64,000 bases of DNA from NCBI GenBank assembly GCA_020536535.1, contig JAHLWZ010000347.1, forward strand, positions 1-64,000. The letters are read 5' to 3'. The DNA comes from Pelomyxa schiedti (lineage: Eukaryota; Protista; Evosea). Positions 13,562 through 26,315 of this stretch are shown here, one piece after another. The stretch's first letter is position 1. The number at the start of each line of letters is the position of its first letter. The notes beneath the pieces are model-generated. The model was not told the DNA's origin, made no database searches, and worked only from the letters and a program-made list of their open reading frames with translations. The position numbers were made by a program, and so were the translations under genes.

Positions 13562-13690
13562 AATAGAGCTCTCACTGCTGCTGGAGATTGAACTCTCGCT
13601 GCTGCTGGAGATTGAACTTTCACTGCTGCTCGAAATCGAGCTCTCGCTTGAGCTTGAAATCGAGCTCTCGCTGCTGCTCGAGTATGACTC
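13562..13690 (-). repeat. 24-bp tandem repeat (at least 5 units, running into the gap); reads (SSSSESSI)n on the minus strand
   Basis: Units such as gagctctcactgctgctggagatt. Substitutions between units preserve SSSSESSI on the minus strand (and IELSLLLE in 4 of 5 units on the plus strand), suggesting a Ser-rich coding segment. No ATG start found. Confidence 0.75.
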
Positions 13691-14356
13691 CGCTCGAGTT
13701 TGTATTTTGTGGTTTTCAACCAGAGATATATTTTCTGTTGTTTGTGCTGGCGAATTGATGGTGGGAAGTGGTGGTGTTTGTTGGGCTGTGACCGGCGCAT
13801 CCCATGTCTGTGCTTGTGTGTCCAAGGCTTTGATTTTCGTTTTAGTTTTCTTTTTTTATTATTGATTGGTTGTGTGTATATTTTACTGGTACTCTTAGCT
13901 TTATGGGGGAAAAAGTGGAAGAAACCTTGGGCGAACAACAAAATAAGAAATAGGTAAACGCCTCGCACAAATCGCTTCTTTTGTAGTCGCATGGGGAATA
14001 GTGAATTTATATTTTGCCTAGGTGGTGTGGTAAAATCGGCGCCTGCGCCTCTGTATGTTAAAACCGAAAATTTCTAACTTCTTTACACTTGAGATGAGAA
14101 GGTTTCTCCCTTAATATTAAAGTAAAATTTTTGTGCTTTGTCCTTTTCCTGGTACCACGCTGTTGATTTCTGAACAGTACGCGAAAAACCGTCCTCAAAT
14201 CTGTGTCAGAGATCTGCAGATTAGAGAAATTTCACACCTCCCCATCAGTCGCTTCGCCCACAATCTGCAGATCCCTTACTTACCCCGCCTGTCAAGTTCC
14301 ACCTTAAAGAAATCTGGTCCCAACCACCGGCACATTCTTTGCACTTGTGATTACGA

Positions 14357-15525
14357 ATGAAATTGTTGCGCGGCTTCGTTTTGTTCGTGGCGGTGTTTTT
14401 GTGCGAACGACTTTCGGCCGGCGCACCACAGCAGGATTGTGATGACATCATTGAGGGTGTGCCTGCTGTTGTTGGGACTGGCGATGCCGTAGAGGTTGAT
14501 GCTAGCGCATTGGGCGCAGAGGAAAATGTAGACGCGCCCACTCTGTGGGTTAAATTCTTTGATGCAGTGACAGCAGGGAATGTCGAGGCTGTAAAAGACA
14601 TGCTCAAGCCGGGTTCTCAGGCCAGGTCCTTTTTGGACAGGTAGCCTAATACTTGCTGCAGTCATTCTTTTAATTTTCTTGGAATACAAGGGAAGAAGCT
14701 GGGAAGACGGCACTTCTTCACGCTCTCGGGAGACAGAATCTTGAGTTGTCCGAGGCACTTCTAGAGGCAGGAGCTAGTACTTTAACAATCGAGGATCAAC
14801 TCTATAGAAAAGCACGCGAAGGTCATAAGGCTTTTGTGGAGCTGCTATTGAAATACGGAGCCGATGTCAACAAAGTACCAATCCAAAAGGTTATAATGTT
14901 GTATCTCACTGCAATTTAGCCAGAACCCGGGCACAGGAGGATTCCTCTTCACGGAGCTCTTGAAGGTAATAAGCCGGAAGTTGTTGAACTCCTTTTGAAG
15001 GCAGGCGCCGATATCGAAGCAGAAGCTGCATATGGCCGATCAGCACTAAACTTTGCCCTGATGGAACCCAATTGCAAACCTATGGTCGAAATGCTTCTTA
15101 AAGCTGGAGCAAACGTTGAGCACAGTGATTCCAGAGGGCGAACAGCCCTCCACATTGCTGCAGGGCTACCGGGAAATAGTGGCGGTGCTGAAGTAGTCCA
15201 AATGCTCATTGATGCAGGCGCGTTCTTGGATCCAGAGGATGATCTGGGTCAGACGCCAATATTTTACTGCAAAGATCCCGCGATCGTCAAAGTGTTAATC
15301 ACCGCCGGTGCCAGTTTTTCACGCAAGAACCCTGCCGGTGAGTCCGTTGTGCAGTACATGTTCAAGGATGGCAGAAAAGAAGCCGCTAAAGTGATTATTT
15401 TACACGACCCAATGCAACAACACCGCATCTCAATACCACAAAAGGCCCAAGGATCTCCACCTCCCTCGAGATCTCAACCCCCTGTCAATAATAAAAACGA
15501 ATGGAAGATGCCTCCAAAGAAATAA
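14357..15525 (+). CDS. Ankyrin-repeat protein with N-terminal signal peptide (3 exons)
   Basis: Leader MKLLRGFVLFVAVFLCERLSAG. Introns 14641-14690 and ~14875-14919. Ankyrin units GKTALLHAL, ELLLKYGADVN, PLHGAL...LLLKAGADIE, GRTALHIAA, GQTPIFY; Pro-rich tail. Confidence 0.85.
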
Positions 15526-15536
15526 TTGCCGGGGTC

Positions 15537-17150
15537 TTACACTGGAATGACACCTTGGCACAATATGTGGACTTGAAATCCACTCACAAGCAGTAATTTC
15601 AGGGGAAAAAGAAAAAGATACGACAAGGAAATTTGTTTTTTCGTTTTTTTGTTTGAGTGAGGAACTCTTCGACTATGCGCAACACTCGTAATTCTACCAA
15701 CGCCCATGACAGAAGAACCATCCAAGCAAACAACTCTGGATAGTTTGGGGTAATCGCGCCATGCTTCCGCACAAATAGTAGAACTTATGGGCGTCATTCT
15801 CACCAGGGCTCTATCACCCAGTGATATGCACGTCACGGAGCTCGGATCTGGCTGCACACCATTTGCTTCCTGTATTTGGCATCTGCAGGCAACGCGTGCA
15901 TTGTGGGTCTCGGCTACAGTCGTATATCCATTCCATACCGTGCTTTGAGAGAGCACTTGCAACTGTACAAAGTGAGATCACCTTTTTACGAAAAAGGGAA
16001 AATTGAATTACCGCGACGGTGAATGCTTTGGATTGTCGTGGTGGATTCTTAATTGCGTCGCCACAAATCATTCCTTTTCTCAATAGGTTCAGGTTCGACG
16101 GAATATCAACAGAAAAAGTTACTTCATCCCCAGTGTCAGCACTTCTCACGTTTCGCTTGTTTCTCAATTTAATTTCCTTTACAGTGCATGTATGATTTCC
16201 TGGTTGGAATGTGACCAACTGTCCATATGAAATACTTCCTGCCTCAATGAGCCCTGTCACTGTGGACAATTCTGGACAGGAGACGAATGAATGGTGTATG
16301 GACACACGCAGCGGTTTATCCAACTGGCTCTGGGGTGCGGGAGTTTCATCCAGAGCAGCAATAACAGTGGGACCTTGGTACCAGCTCATACGCGTTGACG
16401 GAATTGTAAGGTTTTGGCCAAGTAATCCACAAGTAGGTATAAACTGAAAACTGTCTGTGTCGACGTAGCCAACAGAGTTGAAAACACTTAAAACATCGTC
16501 TTTAGCTTGCACGAAAGACTTCTGTGACCAGGGGTCTGGCACTGTGTCCATTCCATTGACCGCGACAACGAATTTGTCAATGCCTAGTCCATGAGCAACA
16601 AGTAACTGTTGCCACAGTAGTGCATGAGAATGTTGAGTAGCCGCTGGAACCACAAGAACGACGACATCTGCATGAACTGTCTCACTTATCAGCTCTGTCA
16701 CATCTGAGCGATCTCCCGGTGTATCCACAAGAATCCCATCACTTTTGATAGTGTGAAGCCTCCATCGCGAACGACATTGTGTTGCGGTGTGAAGTCCAAT
16801 CTTCTCTGCCCCTCCTTTATAAATAAGTTTCTCAAAAACAAAAAAAAAAAAAAAGAGTACACACAACACATGAGGCGCGAAATGCAAAAGGGGAAGCGAA
16901 TCAAACCCACGCCACTGTCCAAATCCCTTTGAGTCTCCACAGAGCAGCCATGGCCTCTAAGCTCAACCAAGCGACCTGCCAAAGTGGACTTCCCAGAGCC
17001 CGGTGGACCCACAACCACCCAGGTGATGAGGGTCCTCGGGAACGCCCAATCGGCGATACACTCTGTCAAATGCGCGGGCAATTGCATCCTACAACACACA
17101 AGTGCCACGGCAGTCCTTGCTTGGCTCCTTGCAGTCATCGCCCCACTCAT
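15537..17150 (-). CDS. Divergent EF1A/HBS1/eRF3-family translational GTPase-like protein with N-terminal extension (multi-exon; boundaries approximate)
   Basis: VVVGPPGSGKSTLAGRL (G1), VDTPG (G3), VAVNGMD (G4-like), FIPTCGLLGQNL, WYQGPTVIAALD, DKPLRVSI, GLIEAGSI, and domain III LGDRALVRMTP...YPKLSRVV. Confidence 0.8.
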
Positions 17151-17353
17151 GCTCCTGGGGTGTTGGCTTTTCACAACCGCCTCTGAGATGGGGTGTATTG
17201 GCGAGTTTGTGTGTGAATTGATTATGAGGGGGGTGGGGTGGTCTGCCAATCCACCACCAAAACCGAAACAACCCCAAATTTCCAAATGAATCGTTTGGGT
17301 GATGCAGATCTCGTTAAGTTTCTCATCCGATCATCAGAAACCGCGTTTTAAAA

Positions 17354-19358
17354 ATGAACGAAGAGATCCCGCTCGATGTGAACCGTATAACGCCAACACA
17401 CGATGAGCCGGTGCTATACATCACTGCAAAGGTATTTCTTGCTCGTGTCCCAAACAGCACAACATTAGAAACAAGTTACGAGCTACGAAAAGTAAACACA
17501 AACGGAGAGAGAATGACTCTTTTTTTTTTTTTTCCCTCTTCGTTTAAATAGGATAGGGCTTTGCTGTTAAAAAACCCAAGTGGCGCGGCTAAAACTGCTG
17601 TTTTTAACATGGTGTGCAGTGTGCTGGCTCGTGGTATTCTGGTTCTACCTTGGGCTTTTGAGAAATCTGGTATTTCATTACCTGCACCTCAATCTTCTTT
17701 TTCAGAGGCTTGTATCAACTGTGATTTTACTAAGGAATCATATTGGGTGGAATCATGCTTGGGGTTGTTGGATTTTTCACATACATGGCCACTACACTTC
17801 TTATTGCAGCAATGCAAGCCCTTCTCGACCAACGTTGGGCTCACACCCGATCTATGTTTGCTGTTTCATTTAAGCTTTGGGGTCGACCAGGTACAAAGTG
17901 TTATTTGGAGAAAATTCTGTTGCTCACAGGGGAAAAAAAGGAGCAATGCTTGTGCGATTTAGCATGCTTAATTTCTTGATTGGAACTATGGCTGGTATCT
18001 CTCAAACTCCAATTTTCTATATTGACCCTTCTCTTTCAATCCTAAAGGTTTCATTGTAATGATAGCAGATATTATAAAACCACTCCTCATTGAGGCAGGA
18101 GTAGACTTTCCTGTGGAGTATGTCTCTAAGTTTCTTTACTTTGCATTTATGTATGCACAGAGTCCTGCAGCTCTTTGCTGTTGTTTTCTTCATTTTTCCC
18201 TTGTGTCTCTTAAAAACGTATCACATGCCTTTTTGTAGCCCACTAACGTTAAAGAAAGGTTCCGGTCTCTCCGGTTCACTAGTGCACTTGGACTTCTTGT
18301 TTACTTATACTTCATTATTATTGTGCTTGTCAGGTAGGCAGTCTGACAAAAAAGTGGAAAGATTTAATAAATTTAAGAGGAGTTCAAGACATTATGGAAA
18401 GAGCCGTAGACAACGAAAAATTACATATTATAGAGCCAACAAATGAATTCTTCACAGAATTCCCTGTCATGACAATGGCTTTCTGCATTCGTAAGTGCCT
18501 TAATAGACAGTACAGGCGTATTTCTAAATTGCATGAAGAGTTGGAAATTATGCCCACCTGGCAGGAACTTAGCAACCCTACAGCTCAGCGTATTACCAGG
18601 GTTACTCAAGTCTCTGTTGTATGTCAGTTTTGTCTGTACTTGAGTGAACTTTCCTAATCCTCATCATTGTCAGTTATTCATCTGGGTACTACTTTTCTTT
18701 GTAGCTGCCTTTGGCTATCTCGCCTTTTTGGAGGCTGGAGGTCACATTCCAACCTTTCTGTGAGACAATCTAATCTCTCAATAGTGCTAAGCTCTTCTAT
18801 GAGTAGCTCTGCAGAGCTCGATCCTCTGTTGTATGTAGGGAAATTCGGACTGTTAGGTGTTATTCTTGTCACTATTCCACTTCTAGTGTATCCTATTAGG
18901 TTCGATAATTCAGCCTTCCACTTGCACTAAATTGGCCAACAGAGCGGAATTGGACCTTGCATTTTTCAAGAACAAGCAACCTACACCTCTTTGGAGGCGT
19001 GGAATTTGGGCTGGTATAGTCCTGCTAGTATCATATATAATTGCTGTTGCTCTGGGGGATACATCCGTGGTATTTGCAGTCACCAGTGCTCTTGCCGGGT
19101 CTTTATTGAGTATGAAAAGACCTACTAATACCAACCTTCCATCCACCTAACAACCGGTTCACAGTCTACATCTTCCCACCGCTCTTTTTCCTCAAAGCGG
19201 ATGCCATGCTACAGTTTGAGAACTGGCGCACACGGCGGCCGTTCTTTTGGATATTCAAAGGTAACTGGAAAGACCTACGGCGCCTCATGGCACTCACCCT
19301 GATTCTGATTGGGCTGTTTTTTATGACTGTGAGTGTTTGGGCAGCAATATATGGCTAG
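17354..19358 (+). CDS. Amino acid transporter, AAAP/Aa_trans (SLC38/AVT-like) family, multi-exon
   Basis: AVFNMVCSVLARGILVLPWAFEKSG; PLCLLK; EFPVMTMAFCI; IPLLVYPIR; VFAVTSALAGSLL; YIFPPLFFLK; multiple hydrophobic segments; TAG at 19356-19358. Confidence 0.85.
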
Positions 19359-19479
19359 GAAGTACTAAGGAACAGAATAACCCACCAAAACAATACCATA
19401 CCTATCACCAATCACTGACCTTGGCCAAGAAAATTTCTTGTTCGCGGAAACCAGAATTTTTTTGACCAGGCGCATTGCA

Positions 19480-21052
19480 AGGTGAGTGATGTCAGTGTCA
19501 AAGACTTCTTGAAAGTTTTAAATGCTGTTCATTCCACCAAACAAATCAAGTTCTACACGTGACTATGCTGGTCACAGTAACACGCGGTTGCGACAAGCAA
19601 ACGGCGTACAGTAACGCCAGAAACAACGAGCTACAGCGAGTACTGCAAATCTCCAAAGTTGACCCAACGTACCCCAAACGATCTACCCAAAGAATATACA
19701 CCAGCTTGACCAAGGAAAAACTGGTGGGTCTGATGACAGTCGCCGAGGGAATTTTCTGCTCGTAGCAAAAGGGGCATTTGCAAGCTGCAAGCTGCAAAAC
19801 TTTGTCGATGCTCCTGCTCCTGGTCTTGACACTGCTCAAACTGCTGATTGGACCCAGAGGGTGGGTCTTTATTGGCCACATGGAGGGGGGCAGAAAATCT
19901 GGTGAAGAGAAGTACCTCATCGGAGAGGCATGCAGGGCTGGCCACCTGTACGTTGCCTAGCGGCTGGTAGCCAAGGTTTGGAGTGGAGGCATGACGTGAC
20001 CCGATGGGTGTTGCAAAATGTCGATCTTCGCCGGTTCGTATCATCAGTGTTTACGTCCAGCGACTATGAACTTGCTAAATGGGTTGCACTCAGCAGCAAT
20101 CTCGAAGCCATGCAGGACTACGGCTTTTTGGAAGCCTGTGATATCTCTTGCGCGCTGTCGCCCACGGGAGCTGGAGTGGTTCCTTGCACAGGTTCCAAAG
20201 GAGTTGTTTGCGAAGAGTGATGTTGCGGCGGCTGTTGAAGAAGCCGCGAGGCGTGAAAATGCACAGAAGCACTCTACCTACTACAGCAATACCACCTGCC
20301 ACATAACAACAGCACAATATGAATGTGGAAGGCGAGCCTATCACAGGCCCTTTGTTCAGACTTGTGCACTGCCAAGCAATAGGAAGGAGGCCGTTCTCAA
20401 AGCTGTTCTCACAGTCAAATTTTGTTTCCGCACTCGACATAGAGAGTTTGCTACCATGGCTGTTAGCGAATGATAAGGAAAACTGTGCTGCCTGGTTCAT
20501 AGAAAAATTTAACACGATTCTGTAAATGACTTAACACAACACCAACAAAAAAAAAGGTTTTGAGATAATCAACAGGACTATCCAAAAGTACCTTCCTCCT
20601 CTTACAGCAGGCCAGATCAGAGAATCCTCCTTCTGGACACGCTGCTGTACTCACCATGCCAAATTGAGTACACCATGGACTGCACAAAAGGCCGACTACA
20701 CACAACAGCTGAAAATCTATTTTTGGGACTCACACTTTTAATTTTTTGGGTTTCATTCTTTGGATCTTGCCCTGTGATGCTCCTCAGACGCTGGAAAGAC
20801 CACGAAACTGTAGAACGTGTCTGGTCCCGATGTGGTCCAGACATTTCAGAATTTTCCCTTCACAGGGTACAGAGCACCAGGACCTTTTCTGCCCCGTTGA
20901 TGCCAAAAAGTGTGAGTCCAATTTTAAATAAATTCCGTTGTTACCCAATCGACTCTCTGGATTTGTTTGGTCACTGTGAAAAAGAAATCAAGGACGAAAG
21001 CCCCCCCCACCAACAGCCGCGCCACCCAACGACCAAAGTTGTTGTTAATTAA
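19480..21052 (+). pseudogene. Fragmented ankyrin-like repeat gene, related to the 26316-28452 family; possible pseudogene
   Basis: EACRAGHLYVA is followed directly by an in-frame TAG. ENCAAWFIEKFN resembles TSCAEYFVRKFN of the 26.3-kb gene. I could not reconcile all frames with introns. Confidence 0.35.
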
Positions 21053-23819
21053 ATGAACTCGAACTCGCCCACGTCGTCCCCCTCCCCGCCGCCCCCCTCT
21101 ACCTCCCCCGTCCCCTCCTCCTCCTCCTCGCTGTCCTCCGGGGCCCGCCACCCACACTCCCACAGCTCCTCCTCCTCGTCCCACCACAAGCTCCACCACA
21201 CCCACACCCCCCGCGGCACCATCGGCACCTTCGCCACCACCACCACCACCTCCTCCTCCTCCTCGGCGTCCCCGGCTACCACGGGCGCGGAGCCAGCGAC
21301 CCAGCACCCCCCGTCGCCGCCGCTTGGGACCACCGGCACGGGCACCGCCGCCGCGAGTGTGGGTGGGGGGGCCAAGGGCACCAGCCCGGCGCCGTCCGAG
21401 TTCCTCCTCGCTGCCTCGTCCTCGTCCTCCACCGCATCCGCCATCGCCACCGCCTCCGAGTTGCACAGCCTCACCATGGCCACCTCGTCCTCGGCGCCAT
21501 CGCTGTCGCTCAACACCGGCGCCGCGAGCACAAGCACGAGCCCCGGGGGCGGGGGCGGCGGCGGGGGCGGCGCGCTTGGGGGAGCCCTGGCTCCGAGCCC
21601 CAGGTTCAGCTTGCCTCCTCTGCGAGGGGTTAATACCTCCCCCTCCGGCGGTAGCGGGGGAGGGAGCGGCGGGGGCAGCGGCGGCAGCGAGAGGTCCAGT
21701 TTGTCTGGCAGCGGGGGTCTACGCGCTTCGCTGTCCAACTCGGCTCCCTTGGCGCCTCCTGTTCTGCCTCACATGACACTGTTGGAAGAAATTAGGAGTC
21801 TGGAGCAGGCAATCCAAAAAATTACTACAACAAGAGGTTTGTTCTTTTTGTTTGTTGGGCATTGTTGATGCTGAAACTTATTCACACTTACATTACTCCA
21901 CAGAACAATATCTTCGCGAATTGAAAGAGATGGAAGTGGATGAAAACAAAGTATAGCCTTCCCTTTGTTATATGGGTTGAAATTTGTTAATTTCTAGTAG
22001 AAAAGAGCCCTGGTCTTCTCTAAAAAGGAAGATCTAAGACGCTTATCCTCATTCCAGCAACCAACTTTTCAATCTGCCCTCTCAGCGGGACTATTGGTTA
22101 CAATGTCAAACCACTTTGATCTTACAAACTCTTTACCAGTGGTAGGCTTATCTCCCAAATTCCGCTGTAGTTTGATTGGTTGCCTAACTTACCTAAACAG
22201 ATGAAAGTATTAAAGTATCCATCTGTAACAACTGTATATTCTATGATGAGCTCCAATTCGCAAGAACAGGATATTGCATTTAATGAAGTTTTATGTGGCC
22301 GCACTATTTCCACTTATCCCTTGGATACAATGAATAACGAGAGGGTTTGTTAATGTTCTTTTTGCTTATTGTGCTTCAAGGTGAATACATCTGATTACAT
22401 GCACCCATTGTTCTGATTTCTCTCTAACGTAGACTCGTAGATCGGTGATCCTGTCTGTGATCGATTTAATGCCCGCCTTTGCATAGGAGGAAAAGCCTTT
22501 TTATGTTTGGCAGATGGATGTATGTATTTTCTTTTTTTGTTTTGGCCCATCCATTTGATTCGATTTCTCATTTCAGTGCGACATTTCTTAAGGTAATTGG
22601 GGTACAAAGCCAAGAGAAGCAGCCTCAAGGGCATCTTCAAGCTTTGTTGGTTATTTATTTGAAAATACAGCGTTAGTTTTACTTTTCCACATGCGTCAAC
22701 TCTTAGGCTTACTACAGAACTCTATCTACCGTCCGAGAGTATGGCGCCCTCATGCTTCAAGCGCTAGCGGAGGCACATAATGATATTATAATTGACAAAA
22801 AAGATCGATGGGACGCTGGGACAACAACATTGCTAGGTGTTACAATTGTCCCAGTGGTATTGCCTCGTTCTTCTTTTCTTAGAGTCCCTTACATTTGCTT
22901 TTTTTTTTTCCCCTTCAAGACTTGTAGTGACAGCTCCAGTATGCAACTCTATTTTCCTTCTTCACTAACATTGAAAAGGTGCCGAGTATGAAGAATGGGC
23001 TTGCATTGTTTTAAATATAGGAGATTGTAAAGTATATTCTTTGGCCTCCCTCAAAGTTTAAAAGACAATTAGGCATTTAGATGGTCTCATAAAGACAAGA
23101 AAGTAATTGAATTGACGTATGGTGTCTATTGTGATGAATTTAACCCAATTGGTTGTTATGCACAACATCAGTGGTGGAAATCGGCCCAGTCTTGACGCGT
23201 GTGATCCTGGCGGAAGAATTGGACCGCACACAGATACTGGAAGTCCCGATTTACGGAATTTATCGTTTTTTTTCTCCCTGTGTCAAAAGGAAGACATCAT
23301 TTTCTGTGTGAGGTAGGAAAAACTCTTGTACTTTTCTTTAACTTGTACTAGTGATGGTGTGCATGACAATCTAGAGGCAGCCTCGCTCGCAGTTGAGCCC
23401 CAAACACTTTGCCCCGCAGAATTCGGGGGCATTAGCAGTTGGGAGGAGGCTGCTCAATTAAATCCCAAACTCGCAACAAATGCACGGGAACATTTCATGT
23501 ATAACTCTTTTCTCCTCCAACCTGTTACTGAGTATCTCCCTAGGTCAGAGAAGCTAACTGGTATTATTCTAAATGGCGCCTCTGACCCCGGCCAGCTGGA
23601 ACTTATTGTAAAGAGAATTACGGATTATTGCTATGCCCTCACAGCACCTAGCAGGTGTTTTTTTTTTCCCCCTGTGGTGCTTTTTTAACGTGAAGTCACA
23701 GAGCATTCATGGAGGAATTCCCACAAAAGAAACTACCTTCTGACTACAAGGATTTCCCCGGAAAGCTAGACCACACCACGTGCGTTGCTGTAAAACTAAA
23801 ATCCTCATGGGTTCTCTGA
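21053..23819 (+). CDS. PP2C/PPM-type phosphatase-domain protein with long Ser/Thr/Gly/His low-complexity N-terminus, multi-exon
   Basis: IGDPVCDRF, LADGC..NWG, DAGTTTLLG, NIGDCK, DACDPGGRIGP, SDGVHDNL, GKLDHTTCVAV; TGA 23817-23819. Confidence 0.85.
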
Positions 23820-23966
23820 TAGTGCCATCACCGCCCCGTTTATTTCAAACCCAAAAATCTATTCTAATTTCATGAGATGAAGCATTTTTTCCCTACACTT
23901 TTCGAAACAATAGTGATGGTGCTTGGGTTGAGAGATGATGGACGTTTTGAGAGTTGGGAATAAGAA

Positions 23967-25706
23967 TCAGTGATGATGACCCCCAAACAAGGGTTTGAGC
24001 CACTGTTCATCAAAACGAATCCAGGCACGGTGCAAACGAGTGTCTGGAAGTTCTCCTGTTGTTTTTGTTGTTGTGTTTTTCCCCGTTAAATTCTCTGCTC
24101 GTTTATACGGGTTTTCATATCAAAAGTAGATGTTATGGACTGGCAAGTACCTTGTTCTGCATTAGGCTGCTGCATTTCAATTGGAAGTTGATGTTGTTGC
24201 AATGGAACTGAATGGTTAATTGGGATCATCCCTTTTTTGACCTTGGGGTGCAGCTGAGTCTCATCCCTGATGGCATCCTCCACTTCAGTCTCAGAGGCTG
24301 ATGGAATGTGGAGTGCAAGTGCAACCGGCTTGGTGGAAGCACCTATCAGGGTGTTCGTTATCAGAACCACAAGGTATGTCACGTTGACTATTGTTCGCCT
24401 TTGTGTGGACTCGGGTGCATTCAGGGCTAGAATAAGTGCCACTCCACCTCTCAGGTTTGCGTAGAACATGAGGAATGCATATTTGAATGGAATAGGCCGG
24501 CTGTATTCTGCTACTAGCGACCCGGAGGGCTGCCTTCTTCTTGAGATATTCGCAATTGCTGATATTGGAAAGACTGTTGCTGCTCTGGCTGCTATGACCA
24601 GTCCTAGTACACTTAGAGTCAGGGGCATGTTCCAGGCTCCAGATGCGAAGGGCTTATCACCAGAGAAAAGTGTCAAGCCTACGGATATGAACATAGTTGT
24701 ATCGGCAATTAGCCCAAAGGTTCCAGAAATGTGGAAAAGAGTCACTCTCGCTTCCCGGGACACGCTATAAAATGCATAGTGACTCAGAAGAGTTCCGCAA
24801 ACAAAGAGCGATACAACTCCACTCAGGAAAAGGACTTGAGCCACAGAATAAGATATGTAGGCACACAGTAATACAACGCTGGTCTCGTAAGCAGAAGACA
24901 GGCCATAGTGCTTGACTTTTTTCATTCCAAACGAGCAAATGAATCCAACAGCAAGTCCAACGAGTACGGATAGAACGCATACTGCCAGGAATTCACCGAC
25001 AGATTTTAGAATATTAACCCATCCAACTTCAGATACATCCGAGAATTGGCTCAGGGTGTTGAAAAGCGTGATTGCCACAGCATCATTCAGTACGCTTTCA
25101 CCAAATACAATACTGTGAAGCATGAGGTCCACCTTGAGCTCTCGTAGGGCCGCCAGTGTTGCTACTGTATCAATTGCGCTAAGTACAGCTCCTACTACCA
25201 GGCAGTCAAACAGAGTCCCGGATTTCCACACCAGAGGCTTCAAGGCATACAATCCAAAGCCTATGACAAGACCAGTGATGAGTGTTCCCAGTACGGCAAA
25301 GCTCAGAATTGTTCCAAGGTTCTGCATTACATAAGGTAATTGAATGTTAACTTCTGGTACTCATAGTCAGTTCCACAAACTGAAGATTAGATTGGCTTGT
25401 ACTTACTCTGAAAAAGTGACTCTTCTTCATCGTGAATCCAGCATTGAATATTATAGGAGGAAGCAGGAAAATATAAGCCACGCTGCTGAATGTGTCCGGA
25501 TCCAGCGATGGGACGTTCCAATCCAGCCTCCGATTAATTCCGTAGATAGCAGAACCCACTACAAGCCCCCACATCAGTGATGCACCACTTTCGTGTAGGT
25601 AATGGAAAATCCTCCAGTGGCTGACACATATGTTAAATGCTACACTGACGACCAACACCACACTAGCTCCTAGTGCTGTTAATTGTTGCCTATCAATTTC
25701 GTGCAT
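23967..25706 (-). CDS. Na+/H+ exchanger, CPA1 family (NHX/NHE8-like), multi-exon
   Basis: LLPPIIFNAGF, NLGTILSFAVLGT, SAIDTVATL, FGESVLNDAVAITLF, LSGVVSLFVCG, NLRGGVALILAL, and terminal exon HRAWIRFDEQWLKPLFGG. Confidence 0.92.
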
Positions 25707-26315
25707 CGTCTTCTTTCTATTCTTCGGATATTAAGTGTGGGAGCCAGTAATACTTTTGTTAATGCAAAAATAGAAATTTAGACTCAAACTGAACAGATCC
25801 GTCTAACAGATCCACCTGCCCCATAATACCGTCTTAGCCTCTTTCTAGAACGGTACACGGAGCAGATTGCCCAAGACTTCTGGACATACTCTCAAGATCA
25901 TTTCTGGAGTCTTGTGCCGAATCCAAGTAATAAGTCCATAAGTGAAATAGGGATGATGACCGCCAAAGATTCCCACAAGTCAGAGCGTGAACTTGTGAAG
26001 ATCGTTCCCCAGGGCCAAGTGGATGCCAACCATTTGGTCTGATAATGGGGATGGCTTGTGTGGAGGTCTGACCTATCAGATGTTTTTCATTTTTTGATTT
26101 GGGAGCTGTGAATTAATTCTGCTCAATGCTGTGGCGAGGTGAAATGATTATGGAGCGCCACAATGTGACACCTTCACTTTCGTTTTTTGATTTTCCGAAA
26201 AATCAAATGCGCATTGTCGATGGTGCGCCATCGGCGTCTGAACTTGGCGCAAAAAAAACCACTGGCTATGTAGTCAAGCAAAGCAAACAACTTGTTACAA
26301 CAAAGTAAAAAAGAA

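Noticed and set aside
13562-13690. CRISPR-like array
   Set aside because: Contiguous 24-bp units without spacers, in a eukaryotic context with no cas genes.
20924-21776. Overlapping Gly/Arg/Pro-rich ORFs on the other frames and strand
   Set aside because: Shadow ORFs of the GC-rich low-complexity first exon of the PP2C-like gene.
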